64,000 nucleotides of DNA from Eledone cirrhosa (taxonomy: Eukaryota), in contig OZ024742.1 in the NCBI GenBank assembly GCA_964016885.1, positions 134,292,001 through 134,356,000 on the forward strand, given 5' to 3'. Below the pieces are notes generated by a model. The model made no database searches. It was not told the origin of the DNA and worked only from the letters and a program-made list of their open reading frames with translations. How positions within the stretch are numbered: the first letter of the stretch is position 1; each line of letters starts with the position of its first letter. This document shows, piece by piece, positions 1 to 14,186 of this stretch. The translations under genes and the position numbers were made by a program.

Positions 1-25
1 TTATACTCAGAACTGTGTTTATTAC

Positions 26-70
26 GCTCTGATGATCCCTACACAATGGTATGGATGAAGCATTGTAAGC
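26..70 (+). ncRNA. Minimal type-I hammerhead motif in a Penelope-like pseudo-LTR (GAAA changed to GAAG)
   Basis: gct-CTGATGA-tcc...gga-t-GAAG-cattg-TA-agc followed by AATAAA; region 1-120 is repeated at about 2119-2235. Confidence 0.65.
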
Positions 71-224
71 AAATAAAAACTGTTTGAGTATGTAAGCGTT
101 CTTCGGTTTCTTTTACATATAACGGCTTTGTTCTCGTACATTGAGCTAATACAATACCGTCAATATACACCACAGTGAGTTATGTTTGTGCACATGCACT
201 CCGTGCTATACGTACGTAAATAAG

Positions 225-279
<55 letters not shown>

Positions 280-280
<1 letters not shown>

Positions 281-2235
281 TTTTGTTTGATCTGTACTGT
301 TCGTCTAAAAACGGGCGACGTAATGTTGTCGATTATAAAGTATTACATTTTTGTTTTTTAAATTGCTATTTTGAAAATGAATAGACGTTGTCGATGATAC
401 TATCTATGCCTCTAACCGGACTTTCAGAAACACACTTCTTTCAGCCCAATTCAGCGTGAAACAAATGATTCTATTCATGTCATTTTGCCAGTTTTGTTCA
501 CTTCAATATATGGTCCAGACTAGAGAGCGACATTTAATCAGATCTCCAGTCTAGTAAAAGAAACCGCCTTCCAGTTTCGAATAATCATTCAAGATGAAGA
601 GTAGCAAGCCCAAAATATGGTTGCCGGATATTTGTGATTGTAGGCGACCAACTCTTTTGTTCCTGCTTCCGATACGATGATGTTACGGCATCACCCTGAG
701 CAGGTATGACTTTCTCTGTTCGAATACGAACGGGTTTAATTCAGGAGAAACATATCCCAAAATAATGGTTCCCATAAATAAAATAAATAAATATAAGAGG
801 TGAGGTGGAAGACTTTCTACATAGCAAGCTGTCAATGAAACATGTCTCCCATATAGAACGTACTGCAATGTTGAATGAAATGGAGATTCTTGAGGAACAA
901 TTACGGTATTAGAAAATAAGTAAACAACTTATTCATTAGTATACGAAAGTAAAATATAGCCGACAGAAATCTCCGGGAACCTAGAAATAATCAAGGAATC
1001 ATACAGACAAACTTTTACATTGGTTACCAAAGTATTTCCCCCCTCCAAACTATAGAAATTTCGCATATATTCGCTGGTTTCAAGTTCTCTAATCTGGGAA
1101 GTAGTCTAAGGATGTAAACTACAGCGATTATTTTCTGAACCATATCGAATTTGTCACCAAGGGAAAATTGGGGATACTTCAGGATTTTGTTACGGCAACA
1201 ACTACATTATGCTATATAGATGTTATCTTTTCTAATTCAACTGGCTAATACATAACGGAAGACAAGCACCATATCTCTCAAATATTCACTCATGAGATGC
1301 ATTAAATTTAAAAGAAGAAAATATTTATGAAAACAAAGGATGATGTAATAGAGTTAATAATTTCTATTCCGAAAGGCATATCCCGCATAATCATTATAGC
1401 ATCCATTTCATATGACAATATTCTCATCCATGTCATAATTGTCTTTGTTAGAACAACCCAGTCTAATCCAACATCCAAATATTTTGTAACTTACATTTAG
1501 TATTTATGTCTACATTTTAGTATTTGTTTGAAGGGCATATCAAAGTCCCTTACATGCAAGATACATTTCCCGCAGTTGGTTTCTACACCCGAAGGAAATT
1601 CATACAAAGATCTCTTTATTTCCACCGTTGGTTATTGCGATGAACTATTCAAATTTAGCTATTGATTTATAAGTTAAGTTGACACCCACTTTTAAAATCT
1701 TACTCTTTTGTTTATGATCAATAAAAAGGATTCATAACTAATCAATAACTAATCGTTTGATTAGGGACCAACGCTTAAATTCCTCTGGCTTTTTTATGTG
1801 CTTAAAACTCTTTCTTTTTCTGTTTTCACATATTTCCTTTTAACATTTAAAAAAAACTTGTTTACCTTGTATTTACTTTTTATCTCTTTATATTATCTTC
1901 CTTTTACTTTTTTATTATGTTTTAAACATTGTTTGTATGTTTTGCTTTTGTGTGCCATCAATTGTATTTGCATCGTGTGAGATCTGCTTGTGCCCTAGCA
2001 TTTAGCTGTGGTGGTTAACAACACCAACATGTACTCTCTCCTCATTCGCCATCTCCGGTCTCCCTATCTTTACCGTCTTTGAATTCCAATCGTTCGTGTG
2101 ACTAAGCTTGGTAGAGCTTATACTCAGCACTATGTTTATTAAGCTCTGATAAAACCTACCCAACGGTATGGATGAAACATTGTAAGCAAATAAAAACTGC
2201 TTGAGTATGTAAGCGTTCTTTGTTTTCCTTTACAT
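280..2235 (+). mobile_element. Probable heavily decayed Penelope-like element between two HHR-bearing direct repeats
   Basis: Direct repeats 1-120 and 2119-2235, each with an HHR core; weak PLE RT-thumb-like remnant (HTDKLLHW) near 1000-1030; no intact ORF. Confidence 0.4.
2143..2187 (+). ncRNA. Second pLTR hammerhead copy (CTGATGA changed to CTGATAA)
   Basis: gct-CTGATAA-aacctacc caac ggtatggat-GAAA-cattg-TA-agc-aaataaa. Confidence 0.6.
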
Positions 2236-2245
2236 ATATATATAC

Positions 2246-2354
<109 letters not shown>

Positions 2355-2725
2355 CATATATATATGTGTGTGTGTGTGTATGTGTGCATATATATATATA
2401 TATATTCGTGTTTCCGTGTATGTGTGTATATATATATATATATTTAAACGGAAAAAAAATGAAACGAGATTTCATTTCCCACTCTTGGTGCGGCGGTTAC
2501 TTAAATATAAGTATGTACACGTACAGACATATATGTATACAGACGTGAAGTAGTATGTATATATATATATATATATATTCATACATGCACACATATATAT
2601 ATATGTACGTATGGATTCACCGAACATTTATTATAATGCTCGGTGAGTTTGTAAACAAACAACCCGTATTAAGCCGTAGTGTCCAGCAACCATCGTTGCT
2701 CGTTTGTTCAACACTGACAAAGGAA

Positions 2726-2766
2726 CACTGTACTAGTTTCAAGCTTATTAGCTATCATCGGCAACG
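2726..2766 (-). ncRNA. Hammerhead copy of the 430-nt unit (CCGATGA variant)
   Basis: Reverse complement: cgttg-CCGATGA-t-agct aata agct-t-GAAA-ctag-TA-cagtg. Confidence 0.65.
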
Positions 2767-3153
2767 TATACCTTCATGCCAGATTGTTGAACGTATATAC
2801 TTACCTTATGCATATTAACGGCTGAGTAGCCCAGTTTTCATATCGAGTGGGTTAAACGGCCGGGTGCACCGAAAACGATAAACGGAAAAAATGAAACGAA
2901 ATTTCATTTCCCACTCTTACTACGGCTGTTACTTAAATATAAGTATGTACATGTACATACATATATGTATACAGACGTACAGTAGTATGTATATATATAT
3001 ATACATACATACACACACATATATATATATATGTACGTGTCGATTCACCGAACATTTATTATAATGCTCCGTGTGTTTGTAAACAAACATCCCGTATTAA
3101 GCCGTAGTTTTCAGCAACCATCGTGCTCTTTTGTTCACGCTGAAAGAAGGAAG

Positions 3154-3192
3154 GCTGTACTAGTTTCAAGCTTATTAGCTATCGTCAGCAAC
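3154..3192 (-). ncRNA. Intact minimal type-I hammerhead ribozyme (430-nt unit)
   Basis: Reverse complement: gttg-CTGACGA-t-agct aata agct-t-GAAA-c-ta-g-TA-cagc; palindromic CUAG stem III; GUA triplet. Confidence 0.85.
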
Positions 3193-3672
3193 GTATACCT
3201 TCCTGCTAGATTGTTGAACGTATATACTTACCTGATGCATATTAACGGCTGAGTAGCCCAATTTGCATATTGAGTGGGTTAATCGGCCGGGTGCACCGAT
3301 AACGATAGACAGAAAAAATGAAACGAAATTTCATTTCCCACTCTTAGTTGGGCTGTTACTTAAATATAAGTATGTACACGTACATACATATATCTATACA
3401 TACGTACATATATATATATGTGTGCATGTATGTATATATATATATATATACATACTACTGTACGTCTGTATACATATATGTATGTACGTGTACATACTAA
3501 TATTTAAGTAACAGTCGTAGTAAGAGTGGGAAATGAAATTTCGTTTTATTTTTTCCGTTTATCGTTTTCGGTGCACCCGGCCGATTAACCCACTCGATAT
3601 GCAAATTGGGCTACTCATCCGTTAATTTGCATAAGATAAGTATATACGTTCAACAATCTGGCAGGAAGGTAT

Positions 3673-3715
3673 ACGTTGCTGACGATAGCTTATAAGCTTG
3701 AAACTAATACAGCGT
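3673..3715 (+). ncRNA. Hammerhead copy in the inverted arm (stem III G changed to A)
   Basis: acgttg-CTGACGA-t-agct tata agct-t-GAAA-ctaa-TA-cagcgt. Confidence 0.65.
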
Positions 3716-4053
3716 TCCTTTGTCAGTGTTGAACAAACGAGCAACGATGGTTGCTGGACACTACGGCTTAATACGGGATGTTTGTTTACAAACACATCGA
3801 GCATTATAATAAATGTTCGGTGAATCCATACGTACATATATATATATGTGTGCATGTATGTATATATATATACATACTACTGTACTTCTGTATATATATA
3901 TATATATATATAAATACATACTACTGTACGTCTGTATACATATATGTTTGTACGTGTACATACTTATATAGGTATATTTATATATATATATATATATATA
4001 CACATATATATATATATACATACACATATATATACATACATATACATACACAC

Positions 4054-4120
<67 letters not shown>

Positions 4121-4473
4121 TTGGAGAAAATATAGATATGTGGAACCACTTAAGGTGTGAACTTAATATTCGCTAGAATTATTCAACAGAATGTTAATTA
4201 GTTTATACTAGAGACAAATTTATCTTCGTTAAACCTGATTTTAATTCTAATTTTCTCATTGCAGGTGTTGTCTATACAGTGAGTCTCTTGAATTGTCTTG
4301 AACAAAGCATACCTCCTACTTTAGCCTTTGGGATCTCGATACATTTGTTTATAATCTAAATGTGTTTTGTTCAATTTGTTCACGATTATTTTCATTGTTT
4401 CTCATGTTGTTATTGCTATTATTTTAATTCATAAATATTTTTTTTTTTTATTGTTGATGTTGTTATTGTTGTT

Positions 4474-4610
4474 GTTCTTCTTCTTCTCCTCCTCCTTCTA
4501 CGCCTCCTCATCCTCCTCCTTCATCTGTTTTCTTCCTCTTTCTTCTTCTTCGTATTCTTCTTCTTTTTCTTCTTCTTCTTCTTCTTCTTCTTCTTCTTCT
4601 TCTTCTTCTT

Positions 4611-4641
<31 letters not shown>

Positions 4642-4672
4642 TTCTTCTTCTTCTTCTTCTTCTTCTTCTTTC
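4474..4672. repeat. (TTC)n/(TCC)n microsatellite
   Basis: Direct reading. Confidence 0.95.
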
Positions 4673-4699
4673 CTATTATTAGTCATAAGCGTTCTGTTC

Positions 4700-5225
4700 T
4701 GGTAGATGTTATACCGACACTATACCAAAAGATTGAGTCATAGCCAATGGTCAAAGGTCTTTCGACCATTTCCTCTCCTTCAACTGTCCAAAGCCCTTCT
4801 TAGAAATCTTACTGTTCCCAGTAAGGCTGTTTTCTTCAATAATCCTGACCTAGCTTCTCAACCCATGCATCTTATCATCTACTACCCACTACCAGTGCAC
4901 TAACCACAATCAGTACCAATTCTAAATGTCTGATTATCCACAATTTATTGATTCCTCTCTTCAACTCCAGGTATTTCTCAAATTTCTAACTGTGTTTCTT
5001 ATTTACCCTGTGGTCGTACGGTGAAGCAATATCCACAATACATGTCTTGTTATTATTCTTCTCTCGGATAACAGTGTCAGGCATTTTAGACACCATCAAA
5101 TGGTCGCACTGGATGGTCATCTTCGACAAGATGGTATACTACTTTTTTTCAGTCACCCATTGCGGGTAGTGTTTATACTATTTCTCACTTCTGTTCATGT
5201 CATCTTTATGACAGAGCTTCCAATT
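4700..5225 (-). mobile_element. R4/Dong-type LINE 3' fragment (RLE endonuclease remnant)
   Basis: Minus-strand translation gives PDTVIREKNNNKTCIVDIASPYD...KFEKYLEL and KKTALLGTVRFLRRAL. Confidence 0.75.
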
Positions 5226-5256
5226 ATCATTATTATTATTACTGTTATTATATCAA

Positions 5257-5442
5257 GGGCGGTGGATTGGCAGTATCGGTAGAGGGTCGACGCCATGCTT
5301 TGACGCATTGAGTTACGGTCCTTGCCATTCTGAGTTCAAATCCTGCTGAGGTTAACTTTGCCTTTCATCCTTACGGGGTCGATAAAATAAAGTACCAGTA
5401 ATACACTGGATAATCGCTGGCTTTGTGCCAAAAGTAGAAACA
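5257..5442 (+). mobile_element. tRNA-derived SINE, near full length
   Basis: ggcggtggattggcag (A-box-like) ... gagttcaaatcc (B-box-like) ... ttgcctttcatccttacggggtcgataaaataaagtaccag ... (ATT)n tail; about 10 copies in the window. Confidence 0.85.
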
Positions 5443-5689
5443 ATTATTACTGTTATTATTATGATTTGAAACTTAATCAGACAAAAACACAATATTTTGG
5501 TTATAAAACGTTTTTAAAATCTTCTTATCCTTTAAAGCTTTCAGCAGAGCTTTCTCTTTCATTGATGGAATATTGTTATTATTATTTGAAACATTTTTTG
5601 AAATCTGCTTCTTTCTAATATCCTGTCAAGTATCAGACCGTCACAAATTATGTCATAAAATACATTAACCACAACAGATATCTTTGAAA

Positions 5690-7870
5690 GGTATTTAAAT
5701 TGATAATGCACTTCTCAGGACATAGGCAGTGCCAGTCAGTCCTATTTTATGTATATATTACAGGGATGGCATTTCAAGTCAAATAATTTCCAGTTATCTT
5801 TTTTTTAATTCCAAGTACACCGCTGGAATTCTACAGTTTCTCAATTTAAATTATCTTCTATAAATCACTGAGATTTCAGGACTCGTTTGAGAAGATATTA
5901 CAATTTGCTAGAATGCTCAAATCTCAAAAAACACGTTTACTCTGTATGGTCCGTCACAATTATATCAAGTCTTCCGGCATTGATTGTTCTGTCGCTGTTC
6001 ACAGGGAAATACTTGAAACATCCTGATACACCATCGGGGTAATTCTCGTCATATTTCCCTCTGTTTTATACCGTAAAACCTACATATTATCCACAGAATT
6101 ATGTAGCCAGTAATGGGTGAGTGTTTGGGCTACATCAAGTTATTATTTTTTTATATACGGAGAAAATACTGCCCATGGTGTTCTTTCTTTTAATTGCAGA
6201 ATCATCAAATTGCAATGCCAATTATTCTACAAATTTGCTATTTTTCTTTGTGATGGAATGAATCCACTTCTTCCTTTTCGGATATGCTACTATTTTCAAT
6301 ATTTTATCATCTGTAATTTTAAGGTATTTCCGAGGCCATGAGAGCTCGTGCTGGATCATTCCTCTTCCTCCATTTTGACTATGGCGATGGAGGCGATTGA
6401 CATCTTCTTTTGGGTGATGTAGTTTATTATAGTTCAGACGTTTACTGATTTTTTCACTAACATTCCAATTTATGATGTTCAAAATATAGGTGACAGTTTC
6501 AAGACAACACGTACTCTCCAGTAGTATTCCTTCCTAGTCCTCTCTTTCATGCTGGCCTGGCGAATCATTTGGTCAGCATTGACACTTAGATAACTATAAG
6601 GTATATTCCTCTTCTAATTCATCAATTATTGTATGCACACATAATTCCATTGAGTTTGTGCTTATCATTCTGTCTTTCTTGAATCCTGCTTTAGAGCACA
6701 TTTCCTATCCAAAATCTATTGCTACTTCATCTCTAAATACCTTAACTCTTTTAAACAGTCCTTCCAATTCGCTGTCATATTTGGCATGCAGTTTCAAGTG
6801 TTTCATATACAACAGATGATTTATCAGATAGCAGTGTGATTGAAATGTAAGTCATCGTAAGAGAAAAAGAATCACCTTAAAAAATACCACATATACTACT
6901 TAAACTGCTGTAATGTAATTTCCCATCGCTGTGCAAACGTGATAGCTTGTATTCCATACTGACATATATTGTAGGACGTGTGTTAACACAGGAAACATTT
7001 TCAGAGCATCCAAAGTTTTCAAAATTCATGGTTGGAGGAATATTATTAAATGAATTTGTATATTCAACTCAAGCAGTACTCAAAATTATGTGCTTGCTAT
7101 GAGAGTTTTCCAGAGAATCATACGGCTAATGTGATGTTGGTCTCAGCGACAGCCTTTTTGGTTTATAGGGAAAATGTTGATTTTACTCCATATTTCATTG
7201 GCTGTCTTACTCATGAATGTTGTGAAAATTGTGTATGATGTGGGAAGGCAAATCATTTTTGGAATATTTCTTTCTGACGATTTTGGCAAATGATATTTTA
7301 TACCTGGTTAAACAGATGAGGAGCTTTCTCAGGATTGGGCATAATTTCGATATAAAATGTCCCCAAAGGAATGTGGGTAACAGTTAAAGAAGATTGTTGC
7401 TCCTTTATAAATGCTAGATTTCCATTTGTTGCTTTGTTGCTTTTTGTAATGCTAACTACAATTCTTCCATAGGTTTATCTTGCCATTCCTGCCTTTCTAA
7501 TTTATCATTTGTTCTTCATCCATTCTGCATTCTTACATGTTCTTCATCCATTTTGGATTCGCATTATGAATTGTTTCTGTACTCGATAAAGGTTTCCAAA
7601 ATTCTGCATTACCATTATTCACTTTTTCTGTTTCGATATTGTTTTCCAGAATACTTAAATTTCATGAATTCTCTGCGATCCAATTTCCATGTAACCCTTT
7701 TTTACATTTCATATAAACAGCTTATTTTCCCTGTAAAACCAATTTCGCTTTGGAAATGTCCTGATTATCTGTGCTTCAGCTATATTTTCTGATTAAATGT
7801 TTCTTGCTAAATGTCTTAGCCTTATCAATTCATCTGCTCTTCATGATTATTTACTCGTTTTTTCCAAATC
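5690..7870 (-). mobile_element. Decayed R4/Dong-type LINE (RT plus RLE remnants)
   Basis: HHPKEDVNRL...GGRGMIQ, NHLLYM, GIF*GDS and C-terminal GTAYVLRSALSI remnants. Confidence 0.75.
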
Positions 7871-7914
7871 TCTTCAAAATTTATAAAATGGTATTTCGTA
7901 TCATTCCGGAAAGA

Positions 7915-8250
7915 CTTACGACCCTTTCTATTCTGAGTTCAAGTCGCGCCGAAGTTAACTTTGCCTTTCATCCTTACGGGGTCGATAAAATAAAGTACCA
8001 GTAACCCACTGCGTAATTGCTGGCCTTGTGCTAAATATAGAAACAATTATTTACATTTCAGAGGTCGGTGATTTGGCAGTATCGGTGGTGGGTTTGACGC
8101 CATGCTTAGCAGTAAGGAGTTACGGCCAATTATGATCTAAGGTCAAATTTGCCGAGGTTAACTTTGCCTTTGATCCTTACGGCGTCGATAAAATAAAGCC
8201 CCAGTAATACACTGGGATAATTGGTAGCTTTGTGCCAAATGTAGAAGCAA
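7915..8250 (+). mobile_element. Two tandem SINE copies (partial 7915-8046; 8062-8250)
   Basis: Match to the SINE at 5257. Confidence 0.85.
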
Positions 8251-8984
8251 TTATTCATAATTTATAACATATTTGTTCATTCTTTAATCATTTTTTATTC
8301 CACCCATTCACCTTTTCTCTCTATCCCTCCCCCCTCTCTCTGAATTTACACAGTATTTGCCAAACCCTTTTCGTATATATTTATATTATCCAGTCTCCAA
8401 TTATCAATTCATATATCCATACGACTATTAATTACCAGCTATATTTGCCATGATTATAAATATTGTAACTTCATAAATGATGCTTACTCCTATAACAGTA
8501 ATTATATAAGAATTGTTGCGCGCACAAGAATAATTAACGCAAAAAACCACCAGCATAAATTTCGGTAATGATTTACAGTATTATTCCCATTAAAGCATTG
8601 CACAATGCCATGCAATAACGGTTAGCATAGCTCCACAAAAGTATGTATAGCACACCATGCAAACGTTCCAAGTGCAAAGGCCGAAACGAATGCTGGGTTG
8701 CGTTGACAGAATGAGTGTACCTATCGAGGAAATGTAAGACACGTATAATCACCATTTTCGATATAAGATTTACTAAACACATTATGCAGTGCTTCTATTA
8801 TGGAGGGGTGAATAAGAGAAAACTTACACACACACATATACCAACATTCACACACACACACACACAAGCAAGAACGTGCAGGCGCTTATAGAAACACACG
8901 TATGTTTATATGTGTGTAAGTGCCTAATTATTCATGTGACAAGAGAATTCAGTTGAGGATTTTATTATTGGGTTATACATACAT

Positions 8985-9073
<89 letters not shown>

Positions 9074-9197
9074 TAAGCAGTTCCACATACACGATTTCCG
9101 AGAACAATTTGTTTCACCTCAGACGGAACATCCACACCCATCCCATGGACTGGATACTCTACTACTGCGGATATAACCCACCAGTTTTCTACCAATA

Positions 9198-10092
9198 TCT
9201 ATATATATAAAACTGAGGATGTCTGTGTGTGTGTGAGTTTGAATACCTAAAACTCGAGAACCACCCAATCGACTGTTTTCCAACTTTACACATGTAATAC
9301 TTATGTTTCAGGTAGTGTTCTGAGCAAAATAAAATCATATGTCCAACAGCCCTACAGACCGCATTAGGCGATTTAGCGATCTCTCTCTATAATTCTTATT
9401 CTTTCTCTTTTTACATAGATACATACATATAACGTCGCGCCCTTATAATATCTGTCTGTATGTCTGCCTGTCTGCATTACGTCACCTCCCTGGGGATGTC
9501 TGTGTGTGTGTCTGAGTTTGAATCCCTAAAACACTCGATGTACACAACCAATTTTTTTCAAACTATACATGTGTATTACTTATATTTCAGGGAGTGATAT
9601 GCACCTAAAAGATTCAACTGTTTGATCACCTAGGGCCCCCAATAGGTGAAAAACTGGGTTTTTTCAGGAATTTTTCTTTTTTTTTTCAGGCGTTACGTCA
9701 GACCGATTTCCTTGAAATTGTAACTACGTACTAGTCAGTCTCTTCTTCATACAAGGAGCAAATAAAATCCAACTTTTTTATGGCCTAGGGCCCGCATTAG
9801 GTGAACAACTTCATTTTTTCATTTTTCAGCTTTTAAGGGCTGTTTGGAGGCGTTACCTCTACTAGATTTTCCCAAAAAGGTAAGGCATATTATGCACATA
9901 AAAAAAATCATTTTCTTGATCCCCTAAGGGCCGCATTAGGTGAAAACCTGCATTTTTCCAGCTTCATCGAGGAAAATCTTTGGTTTATTTTCTTTACATA
10001 TTGTCCAGGCATGCAGTTTTTCCACGATTAGGTCTGTTGGCAGCTCGCGTTCCAAAATACCTTATCCCGTGCAACGCCGGGTACCACTGCTA

Positions 10093-10093
<1 letters not shown>
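9198..10093 (+). mobile_element. Non-autonomous Helitron
   Basis: A|TCTATATATATAAAA start; subterminal GC hairpin cccg-tgcaacgc-cggg; CTAG|T end; internal subrepeats gggccc/gcattaggtgaa. Confidence 0.8.
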
Positions 10094-10146
<53 letters not shown>

Positions 10147-10679
10147 CTTATTTGACAATTTCGTTTAAAGTTCTGATGTTGAACGGTTCTTTTTTTACTG
10201 AATTTGTACGGTTTATGGATTTTCTAATGCAAAATATTTAGGTATTATTTTGTCTCTACTGTTAGATTGGGGGAGTTTATGGTTGAGATACGTATGGAGA
10301 AATTCCAGCATGGCATATTACATAATGTAGTTGTAATATCTGCAGATAATAATAGTTTTATTCTACAGAAACTAATTCATGACAGCTGCTACATGATAAC
10401 ATCTAGCATTCCCATGTGATAACAGGTAAGGTACATGTTTTTTTTTATATAATCAGCATTGCCATTTGGGGCATTCTTTGGCTGGGGTATTAAGTGTAAG
10501 TTGACGGTGTTTTCTGAGGGATCTGTTTAAGGGTTACGGCATTCAATGATCTTATTTAGATACGCACTCACACATACGGAAGACACACATACGCGTACAT
10601 GTAGACACACATACACGTTCACATATTCACACAAACACACATTCACATGCATGCTCACAAACACGCAATCACATATGTA

Positions 10680-11690
<1,011 letters not shown>

Positions 11691-13451
11691 TTTGAAACGG
11701 AGAACTAGTGGCGCTTCGAATAACATGTATTATACATATTACAATCCTTTCTCTGGCGACCAGCTCGAGACACGATCAATGCAATGTTCGAATCTGACGC
11801 TAAAGTCGCACCGGCGGCCTTCACTCGGCAACTTAAGTCCTGTTGTTGTCCTTCGATGAGTGGTCAAGAATTGTATACGTCATCGGTATTTTTGGATACT
11901 CCTGGCAGTCGTATATTTGGTTCCTTTCGTTTGCCACCTGTAAATCAAAGTTGTTTCTTATATCGGAATTACTACTGTAGCAGGTAATGGGTTGTATGAT
12001 TGAACTGCTCGTGCCGTGTCGCAGCATTCCCGGCCTGTAGGCGCCCACACCCATGTCTATATTTCGCGCAGGCATGATACATATGGGTACTTATGTACCC
12101 ACAATCATCACATACACACCCGTAACTGTATTATATATAACAATCACAGTAAATATTGAATGTTCAGCGAATACTTAGAAATAATCTTTTTAAAAATGGA
12201 AACACATTTAAACAAACCTTTCTGAAAAACACGCCCTCAAAATACCTTAAAAAACACACATTTAAAAGAAAAAGGCCCTATAAAAAGAACGGTTTTAAAA
12301 GAATGCTAGAAAAAACTATTTCAAAGGTATTTTTGATAAATATACAAATATCTACACACACACACTGTACAGGAAAGCATATATACATAAGACACGGCAC
12401 ATATATACAGATGTAAACATGGACAATCTACAAATACATATGCATACACCTACACAGACATGTTCATACAAATACATACACTCAGACCAGCATACCCATG
12501 CATGTATGAATATATGCGTGCACACACATACATGCAGCCGCGCATGGGCAAGCGCATGGGCATGCACATGAGCATGCTTATACATCTAAAAAAAGCACAT
12601 GCTTGATGAATACCTACACATCCATACAGACACGCAACTGTGCACATGGCGCATAAAATATCATATGAGACAACATTCTTGAGGCTTGGACTCAACCCAT
12701 TCATAGAGCCATATAAGCCTGAAAGTGCATGCAGAATATGCAGGAATGCAATAGCTACGTAGTAGGCTTGTGCTAATCACATATAGCATGGGGCAGGCAC
12801 ATATATAAATGCGTGTACGTACTTAAAATAAAATAAGATAAAATGCAATACTGGAAAAAAGGAATGTATACATAAAAGAGTTGCAAAGGAGGTATCTGTT
12901 CACGCCACCCGGATATTATTGGGATTTGCATAAAGTTGCATCAAATACTTGAAGACTGTCATGCATAGGGTTATATAAAATACTCGACTGACGATCCAAG
13001 GGACTGGGTACGAAACTGCACACCAACCATGCAAATGAGACAGGTTTCATGACGGGCGGACACAAGGGACCGTGTGTGTATATATACACAAACAACTTAT
13101 ATATATTGTGAATTTTTAGAATATCCTATTCATAATAGTATATATGAAATGTATATGGAATGGATGTATATATAGAATATATCGGGAATGTATAGAATAT
13201 GTGTTTCATAACAGTATATATGAAATGTACATGGAATGGATGCATAAATGGAATATACCAACGGCTTGTGTTTTAGGCATGCATATAGCAACTGTAGGCA
13301 AAGTTAGAATTAATTGCAACATTAACCTTAAGTCCAACATAAAGTTGCAAATTAAACATCAAGACTCGAAAAAAAAAACCATCAAGAATCGAAAATTAAA
13401 AATAAAAGATTAAAAATATTAAATAAAAAAATTCAAATTCAAATTGAAACC

Positions 13452-14180
13452 CACATATGGTTCAATGCACCATACTCGAAGCATGTATGGACTGACGTGC
13501 CAGGCCTCTTCTTCAGGGTATTGGACCAGTGTTTCCCGGCATCCTAGAGGTACCACAAAATATTCAACCGCCACACCGGGAAGTTCTCTTTTTCCACGGC
13601 ACCCAACCTGGCCGACTACATGGCCAAGGCCAACGGAATGAAAATGAGGACACCTCACCGACAAACTTTACAGGTCTCAGCCACGAAGGGGCGGCCGAGG
13701 AGAGCGCATGGAGAAGTGGCTAGTAGTTCTGGAGATGTGTCTGAGAGCGGAGCTGTGACCGTGGAGGACGCAACATTTGACAAAAGAGATCAGCAAGTGG
13801 TGAACACCGAGTCCTCCACTATGCCGGAACACCACATGGGGACCAGGGAGAACCCAAATAAGACGTCAGGCTCACATAAAGGGAATTACAAAAATGATGC
13901 ACGGACATGTAACTGCTGTGTGGGTTAGCATTGCCCTCTGCAGGGAATGTACCTGACAAAGGGCATTGTCTACAGGCGTGTGGTTAACACACAAAATGGT
14001 AGGCACACCTACATCGGGGCAACATCCACGACTTTTAAATCGAGGATGTACAACCACAAGAACTCGTTCAAAGACAGGAACAACAGACACTCCACCGGAC
14101 TGGCGGACCTAATATGGGGACTGAAGGACAGTGGCACGGAGTTTGACCTCAGCTGGAGTATTGTACGGCGCGCGAATGCG
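13452..14180 (+). mobile_element. Penelope-like element (Neptune-type) fragment: linker plus GIY-YIG endonuclease, with stops
   Basis: HIWFNAPYSK, FFRVLDQCFP, KIFNRHTGKFSFST, CNC..CPLQG..GIVYRRVV..TYIGATSTTFKSRMYNHKNSF..IWGLKD. Confidence 0.9.
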
Positions 14181-14186
14181 TGTTTT

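Larger units (their letters stand above)
2445..3975. repeat. About 430-bp HHR-containing tandem repeat (about 2.2 copies) plus inverted arm (about 3398-3975); retrozyme-like
   Basis: Unit starts recur at about 2447, 2880 and 3307; reverse-complement copy from about 3398; flanked by (TA)n; one HHR per unit. Confidence 0.85.

Noticed and set aside
12982-13060. CTGACGA...CGAAAC hammerhead-like core
   Set aside because: No convincing stem I or UH cleavage site could be paired.
13495-13545. Minus-strand GAAA-cactg-GTC...CTGAAGA type-II-like motif
   Set aside because: No stem I pairing, and it lies within PLE coding sequence; likely chance.
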